Translations under genes and position numbers: made by a program
NCBI RefSeq assembly: GCF_009557235.1
Contig: NZ_CP045650.1
Span: 870,001 to 902,000 of the forward strand
Reading direction: 5' to 3'
Length of the DNA: 32,000 nucleotides
Source of the DNA: Acinetobacter wanghuae
GTDB lineage: Bacteria; Pseudomonadota; Gammaproteobacteria; Pseudomonadales; Moraxellaceae
Shown here: in pieces, positions 1-9,287 of the stretch
Position numbering within the stretch: the stretch's first letter is position 1
How the letters are laid out: each line of letters starts with the position of its first letter
The notes under the pieces: model-generated
What the model was told of the DNA's origin: nothing
What the model saw: the letters and a program-made list of their open reading frames with translations, nothing else
Databases searched by the model: none

Positions 1-36
1 GACCGCATGGTCAAAGAGTTTAAGGCTAGGGGTTAA
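1..36 (+). CDS. possible 3' end of a CDS starting upstream of the window (product unknown)
   Basis: Frame 1 is open from the window edge (..DRMVKEFKARG) to TAA at 34-36. Frame 2 is also open to 38-40, so the frame is ambiguous. An imperfect hairpin plus T-rich run follows at about 66-95. Confidence 0.2.
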   Translation, partial: DRMVKEFKARG

Positions 37-188
37 TTGATTTGTCTCAAAGTTGACACTGTCTAAAAAAACCGCTGAGAGGTGGTTTCTTTATGCTTGA
101 AATTTACCTTTAATACCAAATTAGCAACAAAGTTAATCATCGTTATGAGTTGAATCATGTTTAATGGTGTTTATTTCGAGTTATTTAC

Positions 189-374
189 ATGAAAATTTTA
201 ATACTTATGATAGGTTCACTCTTGATCACGGCATGTAATACCCAGTCAACTCAGCAGTATGTTTCTACGCCTGAATGTATGAATTATAGAGGTATGATGA
301 CAGCGCCAATGCCACCTGATGCTATGGAGCGTTTAAGACTGAAATGTGAAGCATCCGAGCAAAATAGAAATTAA
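189..374 (+). CDS. small hypothetical lipoprotein (61 aa)
   Basis: N-terminus MKILILMIGSLLITAC has a hydrophobic core followed by a lipobox-like ITAC. No clear Shine-Dalgarno sequence. Confidence 0.45.
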   Translation: MKILILMIGSLLITACNTQSTQQYVSTPECMNYRGMMTAPMPPDAMERLRLKCEASEQNRN

Positions 375-450
375 ACCAAAATTATTTCTAATCAAAAGCG
401 AATGAGGGGCTATGCAATAAAATAAAACAAGAATAAGATATATCTTATCT

Positions 451-981
451 ATGTCTCAATCAGATCCAATTGCTGATATTGAAAGCGCATCTAAGCCACG
501 TAAACGCCTATTTGAAGCAGGCGAGATGAAGCTTTTGGTCTTACATTTCATTTCACAGCAACCCAAATACAGTTACGACATTATTAAAGACATTTCTGCA
601 TTGGTGGGTGGTGACTATAAGCCAAGTACAGGCACAATCTGCCCAACCATTAACTATCTAGAAGAACATGCTTTTACAGAAGCAAAAATAACGCCAGATG
701 ACCGTAAGCAATATCACATTACCGAAAAAGGTTTAGCGCATTTAGTGACTCAGCAACAGGCTTTGCAAAAAGTACTGTGTCGCTTTAACGCACGTCATCA
801 CATCCAAAACAATGCTGAATACCTCGAAATTAAAACTGCAATGGAGGCGCTAAAACGAGCGTTACGTCATAACTTACAGAACGCACCATTAAGCAATGAG
901 CAGATCACGACCATTGCTGAAACTATCCATCAGGCAGCCACAGAAATTACTCAACTCGCAGATCAAGAGATGAACGTATGA
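451..981 (+). CDS. PadR-family transcriptional regulator
   Basis: The winged-helix region LLVLHFISQQPKYSYDIIKDI...STGTICPTINYLEEHAF...RKQYHITEKG is typical of PadR. The stop overlaps the next start (ATGA at 978-981). Confidence 0.85.
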   Translation: MSQSDPIADIESASKPRKRLFEAGEMKLLVLHFISQQPKYSYDIIKDISALVGGDYKPSTGTICPTINYLEEHAFTEAKITPDDRKQYHITEKGLAHLVTQQQALQKVLCRFNARHHIQNNAEYLEIKTAMEALKRALRHNLQNAPLSNEQITTIAETIHQAATEITQLADQEMNV

Positions 982-1220
982 AAAACTTTAAATTCCATCC
1001 CAAACATCTGACATGGCTCATGCCACTGATTTTATCGGGCATTATGAGTGGTGCGATTTCTTGCTTTAATCTTTTCCTTAAACTGGGTTGGGTGGATGGC
1101 TTCTTTTCTATCTGGCTACATGCATGGAGTTTATCGTGGTTAATGGCATTCCCATTGATTCTTATTGTTTTACCATTGGTACGAAATACCTTAATGAAAT
1201 TTGTAGAAATGCCAAAGTAA
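978..1220 (+). CDS. DUF2798-type small membrane protein
   Basis: 80 aa with two hydrophobic helices (LMPLILSGIMSGAISCF, WLMAFPLILIVLPLV). Translationally coupled to the PadR gene; PadR-DUF2798 pairing is common. Confidence 0.7.
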   Translation: MKNFKFHPKHLTWLMPLILSGIMSGAISCFNLFLKLGWVDGFFSIWLHAWSLSWLMAFPLILIVLPLVRNTLMKFVEMPK

Positions 1221-1354
1221 ATGAAGTGTAATTTACTATTTTCTAATGTGATGGTAACGCTTAAGACATAAGTCCGAGTTGGCTTCAAAGCTTGGCTGAA
1301 CTATGTTCAAATAGTGCCAATAAACATGAAAAATCACGAATAGGGAAAGCAACC

Positions 1355-2347
1355 ATGTCGCAAACGATGCAACAGATTATTATTACTGAGCCGGGCGGTG
1401 TCGAAAAACTTGCTTATGAATCGGTGGATATACCGACAGCAGCAAATACTGAAGTGTTGGTGAAAGTACATGCTTTTGGTTTAAACCGTCCCGATATTTT
1501 ACAGCGTCAAGGTCTCTACCCAATGCCGAAAGGCGTAACGCCTGTACCGGGTTTAGAAATTGCCGGTGTGGTTGAAGCAGTGGGCGCGGATGTAACCCAA
1601 TTTAAAGTCGGTGATAAAGTCTGTGGTCTGACCAATGGAGGTGGTTATGCCGAGTATTGCGTATTACCTGAAACGCAAACTTTAAATATTCCTGAAAATG
1701 TGAGCTTTGTTCAGGCTGCGGCAATTCCTGAAACTTTCTTTACGGTATGGGCGAATGTATTCCAAATGGGCAAAGCCAAAGCAGGGGAAATTGTACTTGT
1801 CCATGGTGGTACCAGTGGTATTGGTACAACAGCACTGATGCTGTGTAAATCTCTTGGTATCAAAACTTTTGCAACTGCGGGTACAGATGAAAAGGTTCAA
1901 GCCATTTCACATTTAACCACTGGCATTAACTATAAAACCCAAGACTTTGAACAAGTGATTAGCGAAGCTACCGACAATGGGGGTGTGGATGTGATTTTGG
2001 ATATGGTGGGTGCGCCGTATTTAGAGAAAAACTTGAATCTACTCCGTCGTGATGGCCGTTTAGTGTATATCGCGTTCTTGGGCGGTCGTAAAGCCAAAGA
2101 AGTGAATCTCGGTCATATTATGATGAAGCGTTTAACCATTACCGGTTCAACGATGCGTGCGCGTACGACAGCTGAAAAAGCGGAAATCACCCAAGGCTTA
2201 AAAGATGTCGTTGCACCACTTTGGGCGAAAGGCGAATGCTTACCAATGATCTATAAAACCTTTACGTTTGACCAAATTCAAGATGCACATGCATCGATGG
2301 ATACAGGGGAGCATATTGGTAAAGTGGTAGTTGAAGTCATTTCTTAA
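1355..2347 (+). CDS. NAD(P)H:quinone oxidoreductase, zinc-independent MDR family (Qor/PIG3-like)
   Basis: Motifs NRPDILQRQGLYP, PGLEIAGVV and the GGTSGIGT Rossmann loop. The tracked ORF starts at TTG 1292; ATG 1355 (MSQTMQQIIIT) preceded by AGGGAAAG is the more likely start. Confidence 0.9.
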   Translation: MSQTMQQIIITEPGGVEKLAYESVDIPTAANTEVLVKVHAFGLNRPDILQRQGLYPMPKGVTPVPGLEIAGVVEAVGADVTQFKVGDKVCGLTNGGGYAEYCVLPETQTLNIPENVSFVQAAAIPETFFTVWANVFQMGKAKAGEIVLVHGGTSGIGTTALMLCKSLGIKTFATAGTDEKVQAISHLTTGINYKTQDFEQVISEATDNGGVDVILDMVGAPYLEKNLNLLRRDGRLVYIAFLGGRKAKEVNLGHIMMKRLTITGSTMRARTTAEKAEITQGLKDVVAPLWAKGECLPMIYKTFTFDQIQDAHASMDTGEHIGKVVVEVIS

Positions 2348-2367
2348 TTCAAAAATGATTTGAAAAT

Positions 2368-2402
2368 AAGGGTGTTCCTCGAAATAGGAGCATCCTTTTT
2401 TA
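2368..2402 (+). terminator. rho-independent terminator after the oxidoreductase gene
   Basis: 12-bp stem AAGGGTGTTCCT / AGGAGCATCCTT (two G.U pairs), 6-nt loop, then a T-run. Confidence 0.7.
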
Positions 2403-2737
2403 ATTGCTGATTAAACAGGGTATAAGCGTATGTTGTACATTTTGAATGGAGATGGATAAGTCATTACGCTAACGGTTTGAAAGTGACACGTTCTGTCATT
2501 TTTCGCCAACATACTTTGGGTGATCTAAAGCTTAGAAAAATTAAAGAGATTTATTCTGGATGCATTTCTAATATTTATATTGAATACAAATATTGAAAGC
2601 TTTGCTATGAAAGGCATTGAGGAGATTTATACGGTTTAATCTCAAGTCATCTAAATTTTATCAAAAGGTTAAATACAAGTTGGTCAGCTTCTTGCAGTAC
2701 ATGATGAATAGTTATGTACATTAAAGGAGATCGGATC

Positions 2738-2953
2738 ATGCAGATTTCAAAAGGACCATATCATCGGGCGCATCGGCAACATGCTTTGACATCTGTTATT
2801 CATGCACGGGTGATGAATCAAATCACAATCGAGCAAATTGCGCTATTTTATTTAGCATCTTTAAATATGGCGTTGTATATGAAGCAACTGACCAAACCCA
2901 AGCGTCGAAAAATGCGGGGGATGAAGAAATTTTTACAATTATTGGCAAGCTAA
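2738..2953 (+). CDS. hypothetical small basic protein (71 aa)
   Basis: ATG 2738 lies 8 nt after a strong AAGGAG (2724-2729). Product is MQISKGPYHRAHRQH...KPKRRKMRGMKKFLQLLAS, with no family recognised. The tracked ORF start at 2714 is less likely. Confidence 0.35.
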   Translation: MQISKGPYHRAHRQHALTSVIHARVMNQITIEQIALFYLASLNMALYMKQLTKPKRRKMRGMKKFLQLLAS

Positions 2954-3003
2954 TGAATACCAAAAATAAGATCAAGAAAAGCATATTTTATAAATTTTAG
3001 GCA

Positions 3004-3025
3004 TAAAAAAACCAGCATCAGCTGG
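3004..3025 (-). terminator. putative terminator of the tRNA-Cys/tRNA-Leu transcription unit
   Basis: On the minus strand, CCAGC-TGAT-GCTGG is followed by TTTTTTTT. The stem is short (5 bp). Confidence 0.4.
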
Positions 3026-3057
3026 AAGTTTTATTGCACCATTCTCTAAGTTGAAAA

Positions 3058-3143
3058 TGGTGCCCGAGGCCAGACTCGAACTGGCACGCTTTGTGGGCGG
3101 GGGATTTTAAATCCCCTGTGTCTACCGATTTCACCACTCGGGC
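3058..3143 (-). tRNA. tRNA-Leu (anticodon UAA), long variable arm, CCA encoded
   Basis: The reverse complement GCCCGAGTGGTGAAATCGGTAGACACAGGGGATTTAAAATCCCCCGCCCACAAAGCGTGCCAGTTCGAGTCTGGCCTCGGGCACCA folds by hand into a cloverleaf. Acceptor GCCCGAG/CTCGGGC, anticodon stem GGGGA/TCCCC with loop TTTAAAA, T-arm GCCAG-TTCGAGT-CTGGC. Confidence 0.92.
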
Positions 3144-3156
3144 ATTTTCAACAAGA

Positions 3157-3230
3157 TGGAGGCGGAGGTCGGAATCGAACCGGCGTACACGGAGTTGCAG
3201 TCCGCTGCATGACCACTCTGCCACCCCGCC
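3157..3230 (-). tRNA. tRNA-Cys (anticodon GCA), CCA encoded
   Basis: The reverse complement is GGCGGGGTGGCAGAGTGGTCATGCAGCGGACTGCAACTCCGTGTACGCCGGTTCGATTCCGACCTCCGCCTCCA. Acceptor GGCGGGG/CTCCGCC, anticodon loop CTGCAAC, T-loop TTCGATT, discriminator U. There is one C.A mismatch in the T stem. Confidence 0.9.
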
Positions 3231-3383
3231 ATGTCTTGTTGATGCGTATATTATCAAGCTCTGAAAAAAAAACAATAGCACTTTCATTTGTATGAGCATA
3301 AAAGCAGCATATAACGGAAAATATTTAGATTTATCATGTAGAATGTGCAAAATTGATTCATATCAACACGAGGGAGAAGTGCC

Positions 3384-4232
3384 GTGGCATTAGTTTTAGA
3401 TGGTCGTGCATTGGCGAAAAAAATTGAAGCTGATTTGTTAACACGCGTAGAAGCGTTAAAAGCAAAGTCAGGTCGTACTCCAATTCTTGCGACTATTTTG
3501 GTAGGTGACGATGGCGCATCTGCAACTTATGTACGTATGAAGGGAAATGCTTGCCGCCGTGTCGGTATGGATTCAATTAAAGTTGAACTGCCAACAGAAA
3601 CCACCACAGAACAGTTATTGGCTGAAATTGAAAAATTGAATGCTAATCCAGATGTTCACGGTATTCTTTTACAACACCCAGTACCTGCACAAATTGATGA
3701 ACGTGCATGTTTTGATGCGATCTCACTTGCAAAAGACGTCGATGGCGTAACTTGTCTTGGCTATGGTCGTATGGCAATGGGCGAAGCAGCTTATGGTTCT
3801 GCAACACCTGCAGGCATTATGACGATTCTGAAAGAAAACAACATCGAGATCGCGGGTAAACACGCGGTTGTGGTGGGTCGTTCTGCTATTTTGGGTAAAC
3901 CGATGGCAGCAATGCTGCTTGAAGCAAATGCCACTGTGACCATCTGTCATTCACGTACTCAAGATTTAGCAAGCTTTGTAAAACAAGCAGATATTATTGT
4001 CGGCGCTGTCGGTAAAGCTGAACTCATTCAAAAAGATTGGATTAAACCAGGCGCAGTCGTTGTGGATGCAGGCTTCCATCCACGTGATGGTGGTGGTGTA
4101 GGTGATATTCAATTGGTTGGTATTGAAGACATCGCTTCTGCTTATACTCCAGTTCCGGGCGGTGTGGGTCCAATGACCATCACAACGTTGATTCGTCAAA
4201 CGGTTGAAGCGGCTGAGAAAGCTTTAGGTTAA
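3384..4232 (+). CDS. folD: bifunctional 5,10-methylenetetrahydrofolate dehydrogenase / methenyl-THF cyclohydrolase
   Basis: Full-length FolD signature: [66 protein letters not shown] start with GAGGGAGAAG upstream. Confidence 0.96.
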   Translation: MALVLDGRALAKKIEADLLTRVEALKAKSGRTPILATILVGDDGASATYVRMKGNACRRVGMDSIKVELPTETTTEQLLAEIEKLNANPDVHGILLQHPVPAQIDERACFDAISLAKDVDGVTCLGYGRMAMGEAAYGSATPAGIMTILKENNIEIAGKHAVVVGRSAILGKPMAAMLLEANATVTICHSRTQDLASFVKQADIIVGAVGKAELIQKDWIKPGAVVVDAGFHPRDGGGVGDIQLVGIEDIASAYTPVPGGVGPMTITTLIRQTVEAAEKALG

Positions 4233-4238
4233 TGTTAT

Positions 4239-4328
4239 CTCCCTCTCCCTATGGGAGAGGGTCGGGGTGAGGGTACTGAGTTAGATAAATCCTCTCCCTA
4301 ACCCTCTCCTTTAAAAAAGGAGAGGGAA
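4239..4328. repeat. REP-like composite palindromic element downstream of folD
   Basis: Hairpin 1 is CCCTCTCCC-TAT-GGGAGAGGG (4241-4261). Hairpin 2 is CCCTCTCCTT-TAAAAA-AGGAGAGGG (4302-4326). GGAGAGGGTCGGGGTGAGGG and the reverse complement of CCTCTCCCTAACCCTCTCC also form an imperfect long inverted repeat. Confidence 0.6.
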
Positions 4329-4395
4329 CTCTCTTTATTAATTTAGTTTTCTTGTTTGAAACTAAAATTCTGCATATCCGAAAAATAAAACTCCA

Positions 4396-5064
4396 ATGAG
4401 CTGTACTTTTCAATTTTCCAAAGCCCCTGAGCACTTACTAAAGGCCTTGCATGATGTGATTCCGCATTGTGAATTACACGCGCAGCAATTGCCTGAAACG
4501 CCGATTTCGCTATGGCTGATTCCACCCGTTTTTCCAACGGATAAGCTCGATGATGAGGTGATTCGTCATATTTGGAATGATACGCCGTATTGGATTTTCT
4601 GTTGGGCATCAGGGCTTGCGATGGCGCAATGGCTGCTTGCTGAACCTCATCATGTCAAAAATAAAGTGGTGTTGGATTTTGGCGCAGGTTCAGGTGTGGT
4701 TGCCATTGCTGCAAAAATGGCAGGGGCAAAGCGTGTGATTTGCTGTGATATCGATCAAGTCAGTCTTGATGCTTGTCGCGCGAATGCAGAACTGAATGAT
4801 GTTGAGCTTGAATATTTAGATGATCTCTATAAAGCAGAGCAAGTCGATATCTTATTGGCAGCCGATGTGTTGTATGACCAATGCAATCGTTTCTTCTTAG
4901 ACGAATTTTTAAAGTTTGCCCCAGAAGTATGGGTCGCAGACAGTCGTGTGAAAAACTTTAGCCATCCACAATATATAAAGCTGGATGAACGTAGTGCAAC
5001 GACATGGCCTGATTTAGATGAGTCACCCGAATTTCGTAATGTCAGCTTCTACAAAACTATATAA
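4396..5064 (+). CDS. class I SAM-dependent methyltransferase (PrmA / Methyltransf_16-like, likely a protein methyltransferase)
   Basis: SAM motif I VLDFGAGSGVVAIAAKMAGA, post-I CCDID, and the AADVLYD motif. Confidence 0.8.
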   Translation: MSCTFQFSKAPEHLLKALHDVIPHCELHAQQLPETPISLWLIPPVFPTDKLDDEVIRHIWNDTPYWIFCWASGLAMAQWLLAEPHHVKNKVVLDFGAGSGVVAIAAKMAGAKRVICCDIDQVSLDACRANAELNDVELEYLDDLYKAEQVDILLAADVLYDQCNRFFLDEFLKFAPEVWVADSRVKNFSHPQYIKLDERSATTWPDLDESPEFRNVSFYKTI

Positions 5065-5065
5065 A

Positions 5066-5097
5066 TAAAAAAAGGGCAGATAATCTGCCCTTTTTTA
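5066..5097. terminator. bidirectional rho-independent terminator
   Basis: A-run, GGGCAGA-TAA-TCTGCCC, T-run. It sits between convergent genes (methyltransferase on +, lipoprotein on -). Confidence 0.85.
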
Positions 5098-5113
5098 TAC
5101 TGTAAATTTTTAA

Positions 5114-5542
5114 TTAAGCGCAGGTATAGCGTATGACGCGTAGGGTAGATGGTCGTGCATTGAGTGCCTCGCGTGTCGCTAAATTATCATTGTTATGCAA
5201 ATCGGGGGTATTGCTGAGTCCAAAACTGGTGCGGCTATTGCCAATTTGACGACCATATTGTTCATCTGCTTGAGTATTTTGATTCACAATTTCATTGCTG
5301 CTTAAGATTGACAAGCGATAGGTTTTGTTCGCCCCTAATACCTTTTGACAAGCATGTTGAAGTTTTTGCTCATCTTGGGCACGATCCTGACGTCCTGCTA
5401 GCGTATAGCTTAAAGTTGCAGTGTCCGACGTTTGGTTTTCAACTTGGTAACCTGCGACACCGTTATAAGGTTTCGAGCTTTGACATGCGGTCAGACCTAA
5501 AGCAATTGCTGCACACACATATAATTTAAAAGATGATTTCAT
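5114..5542 (-). CDS. hypothetical lipoprotein (142 aa)
   Basis: Signal peptide plus lipobox: MKSSFKLYVCAAIALGLTAC. Confidence 0.6.
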   Translation of the reverse strand: MKSSFKLYVCAAIALGLTACQSSKPYNGVAGYQVENQTSDTATLSYTLAGRQDRAQDEQKLQHACQKVLGANKTYRLSILSSNEIVNQNTQADEQYGRQIGNSRTSFGLSNTPDLHNNDNLATREALNARPSTLRVIRYTCA

Positions 5543-5643
5543 TATTGTAGATACTCAAGTGACTTATGAGATTAGTATGCCATAGCTTTGGCTGATTCAT
5601 CGCCTACTCCAGATTTTGAAACAAACAAAAGCTTAATTTATTG

Positions 5644-5670
5644 TAAAAAAAAGCGCTCAATAATGAGCGC
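5644..5670 (-). terminator. rho-independent terminator of the MFS transporter gene
   Basis: Stem GCGCTCA / TGAGCGC with a 4-nt loop. The minus strand continues with T8. Confidence 0.75.
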
Positions 5671-5703
5671 CTTTTAGATGTTTATCTTAAAAATAATAGT
5701 CGA

Positions 5704-7035
5704 TTAATCATCAAGAATTTGACTATGTTTCTTGGTGTCTTTCATAAAGATATAAGTCAGTAATGAAATACCAATCATAAAGGTGATGTAGTAGAAGAAG
5801 TAATTTTCATGTCCTGCATTTTTAAAGCTTAGCGCTACAAGTTCTGCTGTACCACCAAACAATGTATTAGCAATGGCATAAGGAAGCGCAACACCAAGGG
5901 CACGAATATGTGCAGGGAATAACTCAGCTTTAACCACGGCATTAATTGCAGTATAACCTGTCACAATCACCATACCGCTCATACAGAGCATGAAGGCAGT
6001 GGTTGGGCTTGTAGTTGAACCTAAACCATTGAAGATGGGAATCGTGAATAAAACACCCAATACACCAAAGGCAATCATCACTGGTTTACGACCAATTTTA
6101 TCTGATAATGCACCCACTGCAGGTTGTAATAACATGAAGATAAAAATCGCTGCTGTGGTGATTTCAGTTGCTGTGGTTTTTTCAAAGCCAGATGTATTAA
6201 CAAGATATTTTTGCAAATAAGTGGTGAAAGTATTGAAGGCAAGCGTACCACCTGCGGTCAGCATAATCACGGTAAATGCTTGTTTAGGATATTTAGTAAA
6301 TAACGCTAAAGCACTTGATTTTGGACCACCTTTTTTCGCTTGTTCTTGAGCATCTTTAGATGATTGGGTTTCCACAAGACCACGACGAATCCAGAACACC
6401 ACAATCGCTAATAATGCACCGATCGCGAAAGGAATACGCCAGCCCCATTCAGTCAATTGACCTTCAGTCAGTGTGCGTTGTAGAACGATCAAAACACAGA
6501 GTGCAAGCAATTGACCTGAAATGAGGGTTACATATTGGAAGCTTGAGAAGAAGCCACGGTGATTTTTACCCGCCATTTCGGTTAAATAGGTAGCGCTTGA
6601 ACCATATTCACCACCCACACTTAAGCCTTGTAGTAAACGTGCAAATAACAATAAAGCAGGGGCAAGCATGCCGACAGAATCATAAGTTGGTGCACAGGCA
6701 ATAATGAGCGAACCCACACACATTAAAGACACAGAAACCGTTAGACCTGCTTTACGACCTTTACGGTCAGCGTAAATCCCCATAACCCATGCACCAATCG
6801 GACGCATTAAGAAGCCGAGCGCAAATACCGCAGCGGCTTGCAGGAGTTTGACTGTGTCATCACCATCTGGGAAGAACTGAGACGCAAAATATAAGGTAAA
6901 GGCTGCATAGACATACCAATCGTACCATTCAACGAGGTTACCTGCAGAGCCACCTAAAATAGATTTGACACGCGTTTTTCGATCAAGCTGCTGTGGCGCA
7001 GCTTGTTCAGATGAGTTTGACACATCATTCTCCAA
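5704..7035 (-). CDS. kgtP: MFS transporter, metabolite:H+ symporter (MHS) family, alpha-ketoglutarate permease-like
   Basis: Close resemblance to E. coli KgtP as I remember it: GNLVEWYDWYVY, FLMRPIGAW..ADRKGRK, LLQGLSVGGEYG.SATY, FQYVTLISGQLLAL, EWGWRIPF. The codon at 7035 is TTG. A GTG four codons downstream (7023) is an alternative start. Confidence 0.85.
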   Translation of the reverse strand: MENDVSNSSEQAAPQQLDRKTRVKSILGGSAGNLVEWYDWYVYAAFTLYFASQFFPDGDDTVKLLQAAAVFALGFLMRPIGAWVMGIYADRKGRKAGLTVSVSLMCVGSLIIACAPTYDSVGMLAPALLLFARLLQGLSVGGEYGSSATYLTEMAGKNHRGFFSSFQYVTLISGQLLALCVLIVLQRTLTEGQLTEWGWRIPFAIGALLAIVVFWIRRGLVETQSSKDAQEQAKKGGPKSSALALFTKYPKQAFTVIMLTAGGTLAFNTFTTYLQKYLVNTSGFEKTTATEITTAAIFIFMLLQPAVGALSDKIGRKPVMIAFGVLGVLFTIPIFNGLGSTTSPTTAFMLCMSGMVIVTGYTAINAVVKAELFPAHIRALGVALPYAIANTLFGGTAELVALSFKNAGHENYFFYYITFMIGISLLTYIFMKDTKKHSQILDD

Positions 7036-7045
7036 AGAATGAATG

Positions 7046-7095
7046 CAAAATATATGGATTTAAATTTTTTGCAAAACTTAAATGGATATATTTTG
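7046..7095. promoter_or_regulatory. 18-bp inverted repeat in the kgtP-like upstream region (candidate operator)
   Basis: CAAAATATATGGATTTAA (7046-7063) matches the reverse complement of TTAAATGGATATATTTTG (7078-7095) at 16/18, with a 14-nt spacer. It starts 11 nt upstream of the annotated start. Confidence 0.3.
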
Positions 7096-7370
7096 TACGA
7101 TGACGGATAGGAAATACTGAAAGTATTTATACGCTTTTTTGTCTTAAAAATCGTCAGACTTTAGTCTATATAAGGCTTAATAAATATACGTTTATTGGAG
7201 TTAACTTAGATAATAAAAGTATAAATAAAGCGCGTTGAAATTCCTGTTTTTTAAAGAAAATTTGAGCTAGAAATACTACTGGGGGCATGGTGCTATGGGT
7301 TTATTCTTCTTTTAAAATGGTAGGATTTTAATCATTGGTTAAAAAGGGTTTGGGAATATTAAGCTCAATA

Positions 7371-7397
7371 AAAAAGGCCGCTTACGCGACCTTTTTT
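7371..7397 (-). terminator. rho-independent terminator of pckG
   Basis: AAAAAGGCCGC-TTAC-GCGACCTTTTTT, with one mismatch in the stem and A/T runs on both sides. Confidence 0.6.
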
Positions 7398-7412
7398 GAA
7401 TTAAATTTGCAA

Positions 7413-9242
7413 TTAAGCAGATTTAACAGCAGCGATTAATTCTGCTTGACGTTGTTTCAACGCTTCAGGTAAACGATCACCAAGTTTGTTGAACAATTCA
7501 GTGTGGCTTTCAAGTTCTTTGATCCATTGATCTTTATCTTGAGCAGTCACAAGGTCAAATTGTTCTTTAGTGAAATCAGAACCTGTCCAGTTCAATTGTT
7601 CGTAAGTTGGAACTAAACCGATTGGTGTTTCAACCGCAGTTGCACGACCTTCACAACGATCAATGATCCACTCAAGAACACGCATGTTTTGACCGAAACC
7701 AGGCCATACGAAGTTGCCTTCAGCATCGCGACGGAACCAGTTTACGTTGTAGATGCCAGGAAGTTTGTTGCCTGCAGCTTCAGCTTTAACAGCAACTTGC
7801 TCGCCCATTTCTAACCAATGAGAGAAGTAGTCCGCCATGTTGTAGCCAGCAAATGGAAGCATCGCGAACGGGTCACGACGTACAACACCTTGTTGACCAA
7901 CAGCAGCAGCAGTGGTTTCAGAGCCCATAGTCGCAGCTTTGTAAACACCGTCAACCCAGTCAAATGCTTCTGAGATAAGAGGCACTGTGTCCGCACGGCG
8001 ACCACCGAAGATGAACGCAGAAATTGGCACACCTGCTGGATTTTCCCAGTCAGCATCAATAGAAGGGCACTGACCCGCAGATACTGTGAAGCGAGCGTTT
8101 GGATGCGCTGCTTTTTCTTCGCCAGTGTGTGGTTGACCTTTCCAGTTAGTTAGGTTTGCAGGTGCTTCTTTAGTTAAGCCTTCCCACCAAACTTCGCCAT
8201 TGTCAGTCACAGCAACGTTAGTATAGATCACGTCTTTGTGAAGTGTCGCCATACAGTTCGGGTTAGTCTTAGTATTTGTACCAGGTGCTACACCGAAGAA
8301 ACCTGCTTCAGGGTTGATTGCGTATAGACGACCGTCTTCACCTGGTTTGATCCAAGCAATATCGTCACCTACAGTTTCAATCTTCCAACCTTCGTAGCCT
8401 GCTGGTGGAATCAACATTGCGAAGTTTGTTTTACCACAAGCAGATGGGAATGCAGCTGCGATGTAGTGCTTTTCGCCTTGTGGGTTTGTCACGCCAAGAA
8501 CAAGCATGTGCTCAGCTAACCAACCTTGTTGACGACCCATGTAAGATGCAATACGTAACGCTAGGCATTTTTTACCTAACAATGCGTTACCGCCGTAACC
8601 AGAACCGAATGACCAGATTTCACGTGTTTCTGGGTAATGCACGATCCATTTGTCTGGGTTGCAAGGCCAAGCAACGTCTTTTTGACCCTCTTCAAGCGGT
8701 GCGCCCACAGTGTGTACACATGGAACATATTCGCCATCAGTACCCAGAACGTCATAAACCGCTTTACCCATACGCGCCATTTTAGACATGCTAACAGCAA
8801 CGTAAGGAGAATCTGTTAATTCGATACCAATGTGAGCAATATGAGAACCTAAAGGACCCATAGAGAAAGGAACAACGTACAAAGTACGACCTTTCATAGA
8901 ACCATCAAACAAACCGTTTAGGCGAGCGCGCATTTCAGCAGGCGCTTCCCAGTTGTTTGTTGCACCAGCATCTTCTTTGTTCTCTGAACAAATAAAGGTA
9001 CGACCTTCAACACGAGCAACGTCAGAAGGATCAGAATTTGCAAGATAAGAACCAGGATGAGTTTCTTGGTTAAGCGCTTGCATTGTGCCGTTAGCGATCA
9101 TCAAGTCGATATAACGTTGATATTCTTCTGCGCTACCGTCACACCATTCAATTTTTGCTGGTTTTGTTAATTTAGCAATCTCTTCCACCCAAGCAATAAG
9201 CTTAGGGTGACGAACGAATTCTGGTGCGTTCACTTGGGTCAT
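7413..9242 (-). CDS. pckG: phosphoenolpyruvate carboxykinase (GTP)
   Basis: 609 aa with GTP-PEPCK hallmarks: FPSACGKTN kinase-1a loop, GDDIAWI, YFSHWL. The likely start is ATG 9242 (MTQVNAPEF), not the tracked 9281. Confidence 0.95.
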   Translation of the reverse strand: MTQVNAPEFVRHPKLIAWVEEIAKLTKPAKIEWCDGSAEEYQRYIDLMIANGTMQALNQETHPGSYLANSDPSDVARVEGRTFICSENKEDAGATNNWEAPAEMRARLNGLFDGSMKGRTLYVVPFSMGPLGSHIAHIGIELTDSPYVAVSMSKMARMGKAVYDVLGTDGEYVPCVHTVGAPLEEGQKDVAWPCNPDKWIVHYPETREIWSFGSGYGGNALLGKKCLALRIASYMGRQQGWLAEHMLVLGVTNPQGEKHYIAAAFPSACGKTNFAMLIPPAGYEGWKIETVGDDIAWIKPGEDGRLYAINPEAGFFGVAPGTNTKTNPNCMATLHKDVIYTNVAVTDNGEVWWEGLTKEAPANLTNWKGQPHTGEEKAAHPNARFTVSAGQCPSIDADWENPAGVPISAFIFGGRRADTVPLISEAFDWVDGVYKAATMGSETTAAAVGQQGVVRRDPFAMLPFAGYNMADYFSHWLEMGEQVAVKAEAAGNKLPGIYNVNWFRRDAEGNFVWPGFGQNMRVLEWIIDRCEGRATAVETPIGLVPTYEQLNWTGSDFTKEQFDLVTAQDKDQWIKELESHTELFNKLGDRLPEALKQRQAELIAAVKSA

Positions 9243-9287
9243 GGTGAGGCCTATCTCAAATGTGTACAAATGGATGTACAAAGTACA

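Noticed and set aside
947-1288. 113-aa minus-strand ORF opposite the DUF2798 gene
   Set aside because: It overlaps a plus-strand gene that is translationally coupled to PadR and has clean TM helices. The antisense product looks random.
3018-3350. 110-aa minus-strand ORF covering both tRNA genes
   Set aside because: The sequence folds into two canonical tRNAs. The ORF is an artefact of translating structural RNA.
4249-4609. Minus-strand ORFs 4249..4434 and 4343..4609
   Set aside because: The first is a translation of the REP-like GC-rich palindromes (..YPHPDPLP). The second is antisense to the methyltransferase gene start. Neither has start context or motifs.
7811-8819. Same-strand, alternative-frame and antisense ORFs inside pckG (7811..8059, 8405..8785, 8576..8800, 8637..8819)
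   Set aside because: They are embedded in a full-length, motif-complete PEPCK gene, and their products have no recognisable features.
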